A stretch of 64,000 nt of DNA from Prevotella sp. (GCA_031285625.1 JAITVV010000017.1:1-64000), one strand, 5' to 3'. Positions 31,292 to 41,968 are shown, numbered from the stretch's first letter. Made by a program: numbers and translations. Notes: generated by a model from the sequence alone, not told the origin.

Positions 31292-31804
31292 ATGGATTCA
31301 AAAATAGATATAATAAAGGGTATTCATCCGGGCATTATTCTGGATAGGGAATTGAAAAAGAGAAAGCTTCAAAAGAGTCGTTTTGCTATTTCCATCAATG
31401 AATATCCTCAGACTTTGGTTGCTATAACTAAAGCCAAGAGACGCATGAATCCGGAACTTGCACTGAAGATAGAACATGCTCTTGGAATAGAAGAGGGGTT
31501 CTTTATGATCTTGCAAGTGTATTATGATATCGAACAGATTAAAAAGGAACAGAATAAGAATTACCATCCCGATCTGACAAAGATAAATCCAACTCTATTC
31601 TGGGATACGAAAATAGAGGATATCGACTGGGACAAGAACCGGAGATATGTAATCCGTCGCGTTCTTGAACGTGGAAATGAAATAGAAAAGAAAGAGATAC
31701 TCCGCTTCTATGGAAAGGAAAAAGTCAATGAAGTTCTGAGATATTATCGGGATTTAACTCCATCAACAAAAGAAAGTGCAAATAAACTGTTAGAAACTAT
31801 ATAA
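31292..31804 (+). CDS. HigA-like HTH fused to DUF6922-like domain (putative antitoxin)
   Basis: IHPGIILDREL...RRMNPELALKIE (HigA-like); LFWDTKIEDIDW...VIRRVLERG (DUF6922-like). Confidence 0.8.
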   Translation: MDSKIDIIKGIHPGIILDRELKKRKLQKSRFAISINEYPQTLVAITKAKRRMNPELALKIEHALGIEEGFFMILQVYYDIEQIKKEQNKNYHPDLTKINPTLFWDTKIEDIDWDKNRRYVIRRVLERGNEIEKKEILRFYGKEKVNEVLRYYRDLTPSTKESANKLLETI

Positions 31805-31806
31805 CC

Positions 31807-32183
31807 ATGTTGTATTATAATACTGTCACGCCTTTACTGCAAAATGCTCTGGAGAACTAATGCTAGCAGAAGTTTTAAAACCCTTTCGATTAGTTGGTGG
31901 TACATCATTGAGCTTACAACTCGGTCACCGCGAATCGGTTGACATTGACTTATTCACAGATTTGGAATACAATACCGTAGATTTTAAAGCTATTGAAGAA
32001 TATTTGAAACTGAATTTTACTTATGTTTCCACATCTAATATTGATTTGGTAGGATTTGGGAAATCATTTTATATCGGACACTCTGAATCGGACTATGTGA
32101 AATTGGATTTATATTATACAGATCCGTTTATCAGACCGGTAAAAGAAATTGACGGTATTCGTCTAGAATTATTGGAAAATTGA
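31807..32183 (+). pseudogene. AbiEii/AbiGii-family nucleotidyltransferase toxin, frameshifted and 3'-truncated
   Basis: MLYYNTVTPLLQNALE, then 1-nt frameshift into LMLAEVLKPFRLVGGTSLSLQLGHRESVDIDLF; stops after DGIRL. Confidence 0.85.
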
Positions 32184-32370
32184 AAATAAAAGCGAAAACT
32201 GACAGAAGTTATGATTTTTACAACCAATATATATGACTGTTATTTACTTTTAAACAATAAAATGACTAAGGTACAATTATTTGAAATGGCAGAAAAAACT
32301 GTTTTATAGTACTTTAAATATATTTTTCAATAATATACTATCTTTACTAATAAATCTACTATAATAACAC

Positions 32371-33903
32371 ATGAAGAATACAAGGTCAATTCTCCCTACT
32401 GCCGTAGGTTTGTTAACAGCAACAGCTGTAGCCGTTGTTACCTCGGATTATGCAACAGCATCCCTTGCAAGTATTGCAGGACAGATAGGGACCGGCGTTG
32501 CAGGAAATATGTTATCAAGTTTGATACCATCAAGATTAAATAATATAGAGGATGATCCGGAAAAGCTGAATCACAGTATTAAGAAATTATTCATTAATTC
32601 TATATCTCAAGCCCTTTCTTCAGTTTATATTACTTATACGAAAGATGATAATGTAACAAAGAAGGAAAAGAAAGAAGCCCTGAAAATAGTTGGATTTTTA
32701 CAAAAGGGATTAACAGATGAATTAAATAATAACTCAATACTGGACATAAATGAGAATTTAGTCAATGATTTTTTATATCAAAAGGACTTACCGCATAATC
32801 AAGATATTATATCCTATATATTAAGAAAATTAGCTATATCAGAGACACAAATAAGTGATTCATTCAAAAGATGTTTATCAGAAAACTATAACACTTATAT
32901 CGAACTTACTTTCGGAGAGGGGTTAAAAGAAGATTCGAATAGAAATGCATGGATAGCATTTCAACGGCTACTTATCGAAGACTTAAGAGACAGGCTTGTA
33001 AGGATAGAAGATGGCCAGATCAGAATAGAGGAAAAGTTAACTAGCCTAAAAGATGTAAATGGAGAATTTACGGATGAAGAGATGAAAGTCATACGCGATC
33101 TAAAAAAAACTCTTCAAGACAAGGAACTTATAAAAACCCATGTAAGTAAAACAACAACTAAAAGGCTGAAAGCTATTGAAGCTAATGGGGCTAAAGTACT
33201 ATCTATTATAACAAAAACAGATGTCCAGGTAGATAATATATATATTATAATCAAATCGTTTGTAGAAGATTATAATAGAGAGAGAAGAAAAGCTAAACGA
33301 AACATTATAATACTAATACTCTTTCTCATAATTTGTTTTCCTCTGATAACTTATCTGACTTATAATTCTTTTACTCAGCCATTTACATTGTCTATTCAAA
33401 CACATGGCTGGAAAGGCAAGAAACACAGGCCATTAGAAGGGGTTGGAACGCTCGAAATAGTTCTGGGAGATAAAACAGAGAAAGCCGAGATAAGCAGAAA
33501 TGGAGAGGCTATATTTAAGAATGTTGATCATAAATACAATAAGACATCTGTTTTGGTTAGATTACTGGATACCAGAGGAGAATTATACTATGTCTCTGAC
33601 AGTACGGTGTTTATAAATAAAAATAAGATTAATTATGTGCAAATCGGTTTGAAGGGTATAGATGAACTCCAGGGGATCATTATTGATAATATTTCCGGAG
33701 ATGGATTGGGCCAAGCAACAGTTGAACTGGCCGGAGTGGAAACAACAACAGACGAAAAAGGGCGTTTTAGACTCTCCATCCCCATAACAAAACAGGAGAA
33801 AAAGCAGGAAATCTATGTGTATAAGGAAGGGTATACCACCTATCGTGCTATGGTACCAATGGGTAATGAAAATGAATGCAGAATTGTATTGAAACGGAAA
33901 TGA
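32371..33903 (+). CDS. Uncharacterised membrane protein: N-terminal helical/coiled-coil region, TM, two C-terminal beta-sandwich (carboxypeptidase-regulatory-like) domains
   Basis: 510 aa; RERRKAKR followed by TM NIIILILFLIICFPLITYLTY; C-terminal GIIIDNISGDGLGQATV...TTTDEKGRFRL...KEGY. Confidence 0.8.
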   Translation: MKNTRSILPTAVGLLTATAVAVVTSDYATASLASIAGQIGTGVAGNMLSSLIPSRLNNIEDDPEKLNHSIKKLFINSISQALSSVYITYTKDDNVTKKEKKEALKIVGFLQKGLTDELNNNSILDINENLVNDFLYQKDLPHNQDIISYILRKLAISETQISDSFKRCLSENYNTYIELTFGEGLKEDSNRNAWIAFQRLLIEDLRDRLVRIEDGQIRIEEKLTSLKDVNGEFTDEEMKVIRDLKKTLQDKELIKTHVSKTTTKRLKAIEANGAKVLSIITKTDVQVDNIYIIIKSFVEDYNRERRKAKRNIIILILFLIICFPLITYLTYNSFTQPFTLSIQTHGWKGKKHRPLEGVGTLEIVLGDKTEKAEISRNGEAIFKNVDHKYNKTSVLVRLLDTRGELYYVSDSTVFINKNKINYVQIGLKGIDELQGIIIDNISGDGLGQATVELAGVETTTDEKGRFRLSIPITKQEKKQEIYVYKEGYTTYRAMVPMGNENECRIVLKRK

Positions 33904-33905
33904 TT

Positions 33906-36900
33906 ATGAAAAAGCAACTGTGGCTGACTCTTTTTTTCTTAATAGTTCCTTTTATTTGTAAAGGGCAAATGACAAAACTTGACGGGGTGGTTGCCGTGCA
34001 AAATAGTAAAATAAATACCGGACAAATTATATATGTAGAAGGTGTTGAGATTAAACATGACGAAGCCAAATCTGATGTTACTGATAGTAACGGCTATTTT
34101 TCGTTGCAAATAGTGGGAGTAGAGCCCAACACGCAAACTAAAATTGAAGTGACGCCGACAGGCAAATTCAATGATTATATTGTTGTTAATAAGCGGGACA
34201 TTAATGATATAACACTTGGTAGAAAAGAAAGGATCAACATATATATATGCGAAAAAAATGAATATTTCAAAAGGGTAGATGAGCTATATAATATCAATCG
34301 CACAAAAAACGATGAGAAATTTGAAAGAGAAATCAAAGACCTTAAATTTCAATTGACAAAAGCCAGAGAAAAAGAACAATATGATAAAGCAAAACGCATC
34401 ACAGATAGTATAGATAACATTGAAAAGATAAAAGTCAATATGGTTGATTTTATCCGTGATATCTCTGAGAAGATGGCTCAGATTAACCTCGATAATTCGG
34501 ATTCAATTATGTTAAATGCCTTTACAAAAATTTCTCAAGGGGACTTGGACAGTGCATTAATATATATACCAATAGAATTAATAAGAGAAAAATATTTGCA
34601 TGGTGAGATACTCTCCGGTACAGGTCAAAAGATGAAAGATGAAGCTATCCAGTTAGTACTGATGAAAGCTCGTCTGTCTGTCCTGAAGAGTTTCGATGAG
34701 GCATGCAGCAATTATGAAGAAGCGATAAAACTTGCTCCCTTCGATTTTGAGATTATTCTGGAATATATGAGTTACCTTAAAACATACAATAAGTATAATT
34801 CAGCCAAGAGGATAACATTAGAAGCAATAGAACGAAGCATAGAGAATGAAAAACAAACCGGAATTATAAGGGCTGAATCATTAGGCAAAGTTCATTTTCA
34901 ATTAGGTAGCCTTATGTCGGAAGAAGGTGATTTTAATAACTCAGAAGAACACTTAAATAAAGCAGCACATTATTTTCAGATATTGAGCCATAATGTAAAT
35001 GATACTGCCTATGTACAAAAGAAAATGGAGATATATACCATGTTGGGGCAAAATGCCAGAAGACAAAAAAACTGGCATAAAGCTGAGGTATATATGCAGG
35101 AAGCATTAAATTGTGTCAGCATTCAAGAACATATTAATTATCCGGATCATATAATCTTTATTTATTTCCAATTTGGTGAAATCAAACGGACTCAATCAAA
35201 TTATAAAGAAGCCTCTATTTATTTTGAAAAGGCATTGGCCATTTATAAATCATTAGACAAGGAAGATATCAATCCATATCAGTATGCACTTCTATTAAGT
35301 CTGCTTTCATTAACAAAAGTGGAGAATTTTGAATATAATGCCGCTAGGGATTATATAAATGAGGCTATTGATATTGTTGATAATGGTGATATTGAGTCTT
35401 CGTCAATGAAAATAAAAGAGGACTGTGCCGGATGTTTCATGGTTGCGGCTCAATGCTTTGAAAGATTGAATGAAATATCAAAGGCAAAATACTTCATGGA
35501 TAAAGGAATGCAAATTTATACCGATTTAGCAGATAAGTATCCTCAGATATATGCCGATACATATTTTATGAACCTTTTTGAAAATATTGACAGTGAAAAT
35601 AAAGAATCAGAAGGCAAACTGATTGAAGTTATAGGTAAATATACAAGTCTGGCTAAGGATGATTATGCTCTTTTCGAACAATATAGAATCATCCTTTTAT
35701 TTAAACTTACAACATATTATGAAAAACATAATAATAATCAAAAAGCAGACAAATACCTGAAAGAAGCATTAAGTGCCACTGAATTACTACTTGAGACCAA
35801 TCCGATTAAATATTATATAACCTTTTCTGATATTTTTTATAATTTAGGATATCATTATCTTGAGAATAAGAATCTTCCGGCAGCTAATTCATATTTTGAA
35901 AAAGGAATAAGTTATTACAAAGCATATACAGAGCTAAACCCTATGGGCGAAATTGCTGGATTGGGAGATTATTTAAGCCAGATAGGTGATTCCTATACAT
36001 CCTTCCATGAATATGTAATAGCAGAAAAGTATCTTAAGCAAGGTGTTGAGATACTGGCCAAACTGGGAAGCGTTGATAATATATCGTATGCTACGGCTTT
36101 AACAGGCAGTTATTACCAGATTGCAAATAACTATCACCGGATAGCATTATCGGATTCCGCACTTGTTTATATAAACAAAGCATTAGATGTTCAGTCGAAT
36201 CTTTACAAAAAAGATCCATTAATATTTAATTCATCTTATTCAAAGATGCTAGTCTCAGCGGCAGCTTCATATCGCATGCATGGAAATATAGAAATAGCAG
36301 ATAGCCTGATTCATAAATCATTGAATATTTTACAGACAATGGATAGCGCTCAAATAAAAGATCATAATGATGCTTTGTCATTAACATTTATGGAGCTAGC
36401 CAATAACTATAAAAATATGAATAATCATAAGGACGCGAAGTACTATTATGATCAGGCATATCCAATAGTTAAGGAACGGTACAGAGAAAGAGGATATCTC
36501 AATATTCAGAATTACTTGATTCTGTTAAATAACATGGGAGAACTCTTTAACTCTATGGAAGAATTTGATTCTGCTGAACATTATCTTACAGAAGGTTTAC
36601 AGGTTTACGATGAATGTGATTCGACTGAACAAATCGAATGTCTTCATATATATTTACTTTTAAAACAAACATTGGGTATTTCATATCTTAAACAAAATAA
36701 ACGCGATGAAGGTAAAGAGATACTGGATGAAGTAATTACCGGATACGAAGAGCTATACCAGGAAGATAAAAGAGCCGCCCAATCTAATATTGGATATATT
36801 ACCGGAGAATTAGGCCTGGTATATTTAGAGGTAAACGAATATGATCAAGCTTATGAACTTTTAAATAAATCAATAAAGTTAAAGGAGGCATTAAGGCAGG

Positions 36901-39446
36901 AATATGACAATAACAGAAATAAATATGAACTTTCTGTTGCCTATAAGGATATGGGGCAATTTTACCAAAAAGTGGACAATCCGGAGAAATGCATTGAATT
37001 TATGCATAAAAGTCAGGATCTGCTTTCTATTCTGATCAAAGAAGTACCTTCTCAGTATCTCGGATATTATATAAAGAATGGAAATAATTTAGAGAGGGTA
37101 TTACTTGAAGCAGACTCAATAAATCAATATTATGAATTTAATAGTAGAACCAAGGCGGAAATAGAAGGAGTAATAAATAATTATCCACATTTGAAATACA
37201 ATATTATCAACTGGTTAATGGGCCAATCAAATCTATTTAGGAGCAAATTAGATAATATAGATAAAGCAATTGAATATTTTGAAAAAGGGATGCTAATATA
37301 TAATGAAATAGAAAATAAGGACGAGATTGGTGATATTCTTATTATAAGTTTATATTATTATTTTGGAAATCATTATTGTCAAGGGAAAGACATAGCAAAA
37401 GCCGAGATTTATTATAAAGGAGGCATTGATTATATAAATCAACTTGATATTGAAAAACAAAAAGAATATGTAAAGGAAAAATATCTTTTATACAATGACT
37501 TATCGATAATTTATTTCTCTGAAAATATTAATATAGATAAGGGTACGGGGTTAAAAAAAGAAGTGATAAAATATTTAGAATCGAAAGGAAAACGTTCAAT
37601 TAAGGATCTGGAATCCTTAGCAAAATCATATTTAGACCTTGGATATTTGTCCTATAAACAGAAGTCTAATGATAATGCTGAAATGTTATTGACTAAAGCT
37701 ATTCTATTATTTGATTCTAATCAGGATTTATCCTTTTCAAAAGATGCTGCGCAGGCTAATGATTACATGGGATATATCAATATTTCTAGTAATCCTATAA
37801 AATCAGAACAATATTTCAGAAAAGCCATAGATATATTTGAATACAACTATAAAATTGATTCGTTGCAGGCATTAATTGATTTTACGCCTATACTGAATAA
37901 TATAGCTAATTCCTACTACGAAATACAAAATGAAGCTAAATTTGAAGAATATATAGATTATATCCTGACGAAGTCTGAGCCTGTTTTAGAAACATCTGAG
38001 TATTTAGCGGGTTTAGTGAAAATTGTAGATGATTTAAAAAAAATGGAGAACGTAAACCTTTGTGAAAAATATACGGATCTATTATTGAGCAAGGTATCGG
38101 CTATAGATGAAAATACTTTTATGTATAAATTTATTTCAATGTATGTAAATTGCACGAAGTCACAAATACTTGTTCAAAGTAATAAACCTGTTGGGGAATA
38201 TCTGTTGAAAGCGATAAAATCATATTCTACAATTGATGATAATGATTTAGAAATAAATAGTTTATCTTTAGTAGGCCTCATATTTCAATTAGTCCCAATG
38301 GATAAAACCATTAATGAAGAAGTTTTAGTTGAAATAGATTCATTATCTAATAAGTATAAAGATCAGGTAATAAGAAGTTTTGCCAATGAGATGGAAGAAC
38401 AAAGAGTAAATTCCGTACAGCTATTATATCCGCTTGCTGACTTTTATTTACATACTCTTAAAGATCCTGTAAAAGCAAAAGAGCTTTATATACCTATTAT
38501 TTCAGAAATTGATAAGTTGGAAAAAGAGAAACTTCCCAATGACCTATTTATTATCCTGGTGAATTCGTGTGAAAGATTAGGAGCTATTTATTATTCTGAA
38601 AATGATTATGGGAATACTGAGATTTACTTGGAACGTGCACTTGAACTATTAGAAGATATTCCTTCAGAGTATGACAACAGTTCATTTAAGACTGAAATAA
38701 AGAATAGAATGGTAGGACTATACATCAACACGGATAGATTCGATAAAGCATTAGATTTGAATAAAGATGTATTATCATTTTTAGAATCTGCGTCTCAAAA
38801 GTCAGCGCAATTGAAAATACATTATTCTTGGGCATTAGCCAATCACGCTGATATCCATAGCCATAGAGCGGGATTTTCAACAGCAATGGATTATTATACT
38901 AAAGCAGTAGATCTGCATAATGAAATCTTAGCAGATAACCCTGACGAACAAAAGCTAATAAGTGATTTATGCGGTTATTTCCAGCAAATGTATATAATTA
39001 GCTATAAACTTTCTGATTATCAGTCGGCACTTGTCTATGTGGATAAACATTTGGAGTATTTAACAAAACATTCAGATATGACGACCCAGGAATATATAGA
39101 TATGAAAAAATGTGATAAGATATTCCTTCTCTTAGTCTTAAATGAAATTGATAGTGCTGTATCTACACTGAAAGGAATATCATATCCGGGTGTTAATATT
39201 ATTCGGGTACGCTTTTATCAGTCATTGCTAAATTTAATAAATGATGAAAAAGAAGAGGCTATTAATATTTTGAATGATCTAATACATTATATTGAGTCAG
39301 ATTATGATGATAGTAAAGACCTTTATAATATGATTGTTGAGCAAATCCAGGTTTTACATCGAAGTAATAGGCATATACATGAAAAATTGTTTGACGACTA
39401 TTTTGTTATATTAAAGAATAAAATTGATGAATTGCAATTAGAATGA
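33906..39446 (+). CDS. Giant exported TPR-repeat protein with N-terminal beta-sandwich domain
   Basis: SpI signal MKKQLWLTLFFLIVPFICKG-Q; VTDSNGYFSL beta-domain; many TPR-like units (e.g. LNNMGELFNSMEEFDSAEHYLTEGL); start 2 bp after the upstream stop. Confidence 0.85.
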   Translation: MKKQLWLTLFFLIVPFICKGQMTKLDGVVAVQNSKINTGQIIYVEGVEIKHDEAKSDVTDSNGYFSLQIVGVEPNTQTKIEVTPTGKFNDYIVVNKRDINDITLGRKERINIYICEKNEYFKRVDELYNINRTKNDEKFEREIKDLKFQLTKAREKEQYDKAKRITDSIDNIEKIKVNMVDFIRDISEKMAQINLDNSDSIMLNAFTKISQGDLDSALIYIPIELIREKYLHGEILSGTGQKMKDEAIQLVLMKARLSVLKSFDEACSNYEEAIKLAPFDFEIILEYMSYLKTYNKYNSAKRITLEAIERSIENEKQTGIIRAESLGKVHFQLGSLMSEEGDFNNSEEHLNKAAHYFQILSHNVNDTAYVQKKMEIYTMLGQNARRQKNWHKAEVYMQEALNCVSIQEHINYPDHIIFIYFQFGEIKRTQSNYKEASIYFEKALAIYKSLDKEDINPYQYALLLSLLSLTKVENFEYNAARDYINEAIDIVDNGDIESSSMKIKEDCAGCFMVAAQCFERLNEISKAKYFMDKGMQIYTDLADKYPQIYADTYFMNLFENIDSENKESEGKLIEVIGKYTSLAKDDYALFEQYRIILLFKLTTYYEKHNNNQKADKYLKEALSATELLLETNPIKYYITFSDIFYNLGYHYLENKNLPAANSYFEKGISYYKAYTELNPMGEIAGLGDYLSQIGDSYTSFHEYVIAEKYLKQGVEILAKLGSVDNISYATALTGSYYQIANNYHRIALSDSALVYINKALDVQSNLYKKDPLIFNSSYSKMLVSAAASYRMHGNIEIADSLIHKSLNILQTMDSAQIKDHNDALSLTFMELANNYKNMNNHKDAKYYYDQAYPIVKERYRERGYLNIQNYLILLNNMGELFNSMEEFDSAEHYLTEGLQVYDECDSTEQIECLHIYLLLKQTLGISYLKQNKRDEGKEILDEVITGYEELYQEDKRAAQSNIGYITGELGLVYLEVNEYDQAYELLNKSIKLKEALRQEYDNNRNKYELSVAYKDMGQFYQKVDNPEKCIEFMHKSQDLLSILIKEVPSQYLGYYIKNGNNLERVLLEADSINQYYEFNSRTKAEIEGVINNYPHLKYNIINWLMGQSNLFRSKLDNIDKAIEYFEKGMLIYNEIENKDEIGDILIISLYYYFGNHYCQGKDIAKAEIYYKGGIDYINQLDIEKQKEYVKEKYLLYNDLSIIYFSENINIDKGTGLKKEVIKYLESKGKRSIKDLESLAKSYLDLGYLSYKQKSNDNAEMLLTKAILLFDSNQDLSFSKDAAQANDYMGYINISSNPIKSEQYFRKAIDIFEYNYKIDSLQALIDFTPILNNIANSYYEIQNEAKFEEYIDYILTKSEPVLETSEYLAGLVKIVDDLKKMENVNLCEKYTDLLLSKVSAIDENTFMYKFISMYVNCTKSQILVQSNKPVGEYLLKAIKSYSTIDDNDLEINSLSLVGLIFQLVPMDKTINEEVLVEIDSLSNKYKDQVIRSFANEMEEQRVNSVQLLYPLADFYLHTLKDPVKAKELYIPIISEIDKLEKEKLPNDLFIILVNSCERLGAIYYSENDYGNTEIYLERALELLEDIPSEYDNSSFKTEIKNRMVGLYINTDRFDKALDLNKDVLSFLESASQKSAQLKIHYSWALANHADIHSHRAGFSTAMDYYTKAVDLHNEILADNPDEQKLISDLCGYFQQMYIISYKLSDYQSALVYVDKHLEYLTKHSDMTTQEYIDMKKCDKIFLLLVLNEIDSAVSTLKGISYPGVNIIRVRFYQSLLNLINDEKEEAINILNDLIHYIESDYDDSKDLYNMIVEQIQVLHRSNRHIHEKLFDDYFVILKNKIDELQLE

Positions 39447-39804
39447 AAGTTCACTTCACTTTGAGTGAAAGTTTTCTACGTTATCTTATTTTTTCTGTTT
39501 CTAGCAATAAATTATTCAGTTTTTCGGCCTTATATCCTCATAATAACATAGAATATTAAAGCAGGGAAAAATACAGTTCCCTCGGAAAATTGGGGACGAG
39601 TTCTTCCCCAATAAATATTCGAACCGGATAAATTGTTAATATCTAATTACATATAAAATTGGCGAAGAAGGGAATTATACCTAACTTTGTCTCAATCGAA
39701 ACTCAAAGCGATTCACAGAATTATAGCATGTGCATAAATGCTGACGGTTCTAATTTATAGTATATAAGGTATTGAAAATCAATGGCTGTTTGGAAGTATA
39801 ACGT

Positions 39805-39877
39805 TCCCTCCAGCTCCACAGATTGAAAAAGAAAAATGTATCTTACCCCTGTAAATTAGACGTTTACAGGGATTTTT
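39805..39877 (+). repeat. attR, 73-bp direct repeat
   Basis: TCCCTCCAGCTCCACAGATTGAAAAAG...TTTACAGGGATTTTT, 2 mismatches to attL. Confidence 0.95.
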
Positions 39878-39920
39878 GTTTCCCACAAAGTGGTAAAAAA
39901 CGGCAAATTCGGGGATAGTC

Positions 39921-40347
39921 CCGGAGAAAAGAAGATGAAATTACTGCTATACTTTTAATTTCAGGATTAGAAATAAGAAAGGAGAAATTATTTTAATCAA
40001 TCACAAGATGACAACTTTAGATTTGACAAATGAGGGTATAATAAGGCTGGGATTATGCGTTATCAGCTATCCTACAAATGAGACACCCGGTAATATATAT
40101 GTAAAAAAGAATGATACCCTGACAGTATTTTTGTGGAAATAAAGGCTAAAAGAATTTCCTCTAATGCAGATACAATATTAAATCTAGCTAGTACGGGAAA
40201 AACTGAAGCAGAAATAGCCAAAATTCTAAATATCTCTATACATACAGTCAAGTACCATAAGAAAAAATATTCACCCAACTCAAAGTTAAGAATACAGCAG
40301 AAGCTATTCAATGGATAAATAATCAAAAAAGGATAGTGAAAAGATAA
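39921..40347 (+). pseudogene. LuxR-family regulator remnant
   Basis: Frames give YTFNFRIRNKKGEIILINHKMTTL..., then GKTEAEIAKILNISIHTVKYHKK, then IFTQLKVKNTAEAIQW; in-frame stop and two frame breaks; no 5' end. Confidence 0.8.
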
Positions 40348-40369
40348 ATTGTATTTACAATACTCAGAA

Positions 40370-41968
40370 TCAAATATTAACCACTTTATCTACTTCACAC
40401 TCAAAATCTCTTAAATGCGTGGCCATCAAAATGGTAATATTGGGATATTGGTGTTTGATATTTCGAAAAATAGCGATCGCATTCTCGGAACTGATACCCG
40501 CTGTAGGCTCATCTACGACTAACAATTGTGGTTTTTTAAGTAGTGCTTGTGCCAACAATAATTTTTTTCGCTGTCCACCACTCAACGTTTCTCCATTCTC
40601 ACCTAACCAACTTGCCAAACCATCTGATAATGATGAACGCCAGCTTATCAAATCAACAATATCCAATACCTCTTCAATTGCATCATCAGGGTACCCCTCG
40701 AAATTTTCACGCAAAGTCCCTGTAAGTAAATATGCTTTTTGCGTAACATAAATACAGTTTGGCACAGGTAGATGTAATAATTCTGAATCATCATTCCATA
40801 TCAATGATCCTTTAGAGCGGTATTCCGGATAAAAAAGGCTGTTCAACAGAGTCGTTTTCCCTTTTCCTGTTTCTCCAAAGAGTGCTATCCATTCTCCCTT
40901 TTTTATTTCTAATGACACTTCGCAAGTATGTACAGAAGTTTCAGGAATCCTTGCACTGATATTTTTTAAACTCAAATTTTCGAAAGAGGAATTAATTTCT
41001 GTTATTCCAACAGATTGTTTACCTTCCTCAATAATTGTATCAATATCTTTGATTTGATGCGCGACAGAGCTCCTTTCCGATTTTCCGGAGAAAAGCATTT
41101 CAGATAGTTCAGCTTGTGCCATAATACCGAAGAAAATCCCTAGCGCTGTTGGTGTATCAATACTATAATTACCTGAATTCCATAACAGGAACATAGCAAT
41201 ATAACTGAACCCAAGCCCAGCAATCAGTTGCAAATAAAATGAATTATTTTGCAATTTATCTTCCAGTCGTTCAATCTGCAATAATCTTTTCTCATATTGC
41301 CCGATAGCTTTCTGCTCCAGATTATATTTTGAAATTTCTATACTGCCTCTAAAACTTTGGATGAGTTCCTTATTGTTTTCTTCACGATGTATTTTTAGCT
41401 CCTTATACAACTTTCTATTTTTTCGGAAAAAGAATTGAGGAATAATAAACAGAAGAAGAGAAGAAGAAATCAAAAATTCTACAGCTATAACTTGCGAAAA
41501 TACAATAAGAAAGAAAAAGTAGATAGCAAGTGACAGTATTAGTGCAGTAAATGGTAAAAGCCACAAGAGGATATGATTCAATATCTGATCAACGCCATGC
41601 GTACTATTTTCGAGCAATGCAGAGTTATTGTTAACCTGTTTCTTAAAATAGGGAAATTTGGCTACCGATTTAAATATTTTCAACTGTAGGCTCCGTTGAG
41701 CTTCAAGTGTGGTTTTATGGTTCTCCAACCGTTCGAAATACCGGGTTGCAGTACGTACCAATGCCATCAAACGAATAATGGCAGATGGTACCAAATATGA
41801 AAATAGGGTATTTGCTGTGACAAATGCTACGCTACACATCGCTAAAAACCATCCCGAGATAGCAGGAAGAGCAATAAATGCTATCGTCCAGAGGAGTAAA
41901 AGAAAAATACCCAACAACCACTTACCCTTTAAGGGTTTTAATATATGTGTTATGATAAATTTATTCAT
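40370..41968 (-). CDS. cydC: CydC-like ABC transporter subunit
   Basis: IRLMALVRTATRYFERL motif; Walker A GETGKGKT; LSGGQ; VVDEPT. Confidence 0.75.
   Translation of the reverse strand: MNKFIITHILKPLKGKWLLGIFLLLLWTIAFIALPAISGWFLAMCSVAFVTANTLFSYLVPSAIIRLMALVRTATRYFERLENHKTTLEAQRSLQLKIFKSVAKFPYFKKQVNNNSALLENSTHGVDQILNHILLWLLPFTALILSLAIYFFFLIVFSQVIAVEFLISSSLLLFIIPQFFFRKNRKLYKELKIHREENNKELIQSFRGSIEISKYNLEQKAIGQYEKRLLQIERLEDKLQNNSFYLQLIAGLGFSYIAMFLLWNSGNYSIDTPTALGIFFGIMAQAELSEMLFSGKSERSSVAHQIKDIDTIIEEGKQSVGITEINSSFENLSLKNISARIPETSVHTCEVSLEIKKGEWIALFGETGKGKTTLLNSLFYPEYRSKGSLIWNDDSELLHLPVPNCIYVTQKAYLLTGTLRENFEGYPDDAIEEVLDIVDLISWRSSLSDGLASWLGENGETLSGGQRKKLLLAQALLKKPQLLVVDEPTAGISSENAIAIFRNIKHQYPNITILMATHLRDFECEVDKVVNI

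Larger units (their letters stand above)
29478..39877. mobile_element. tmRNA-integrated genomic island (~10.3 kb, degenerate)
   Basis: Flanking 73-bp direct repeats, tyrosine integrase next to attL, AT-rich cargo, several gene fragments. Confidence 0.93.

Noticed and set aside
33876-33905. Upstream start for the TPR protein given in the ORF track
   Set aside because: Overlaps the previous gene; ATG 33906 gives a clean signal peptide
39805-39820. Second tRNA/tmRNA gene at attR
   Set aside because: Only the 3'-terminal ~16 nt are duplicated; no 5' half
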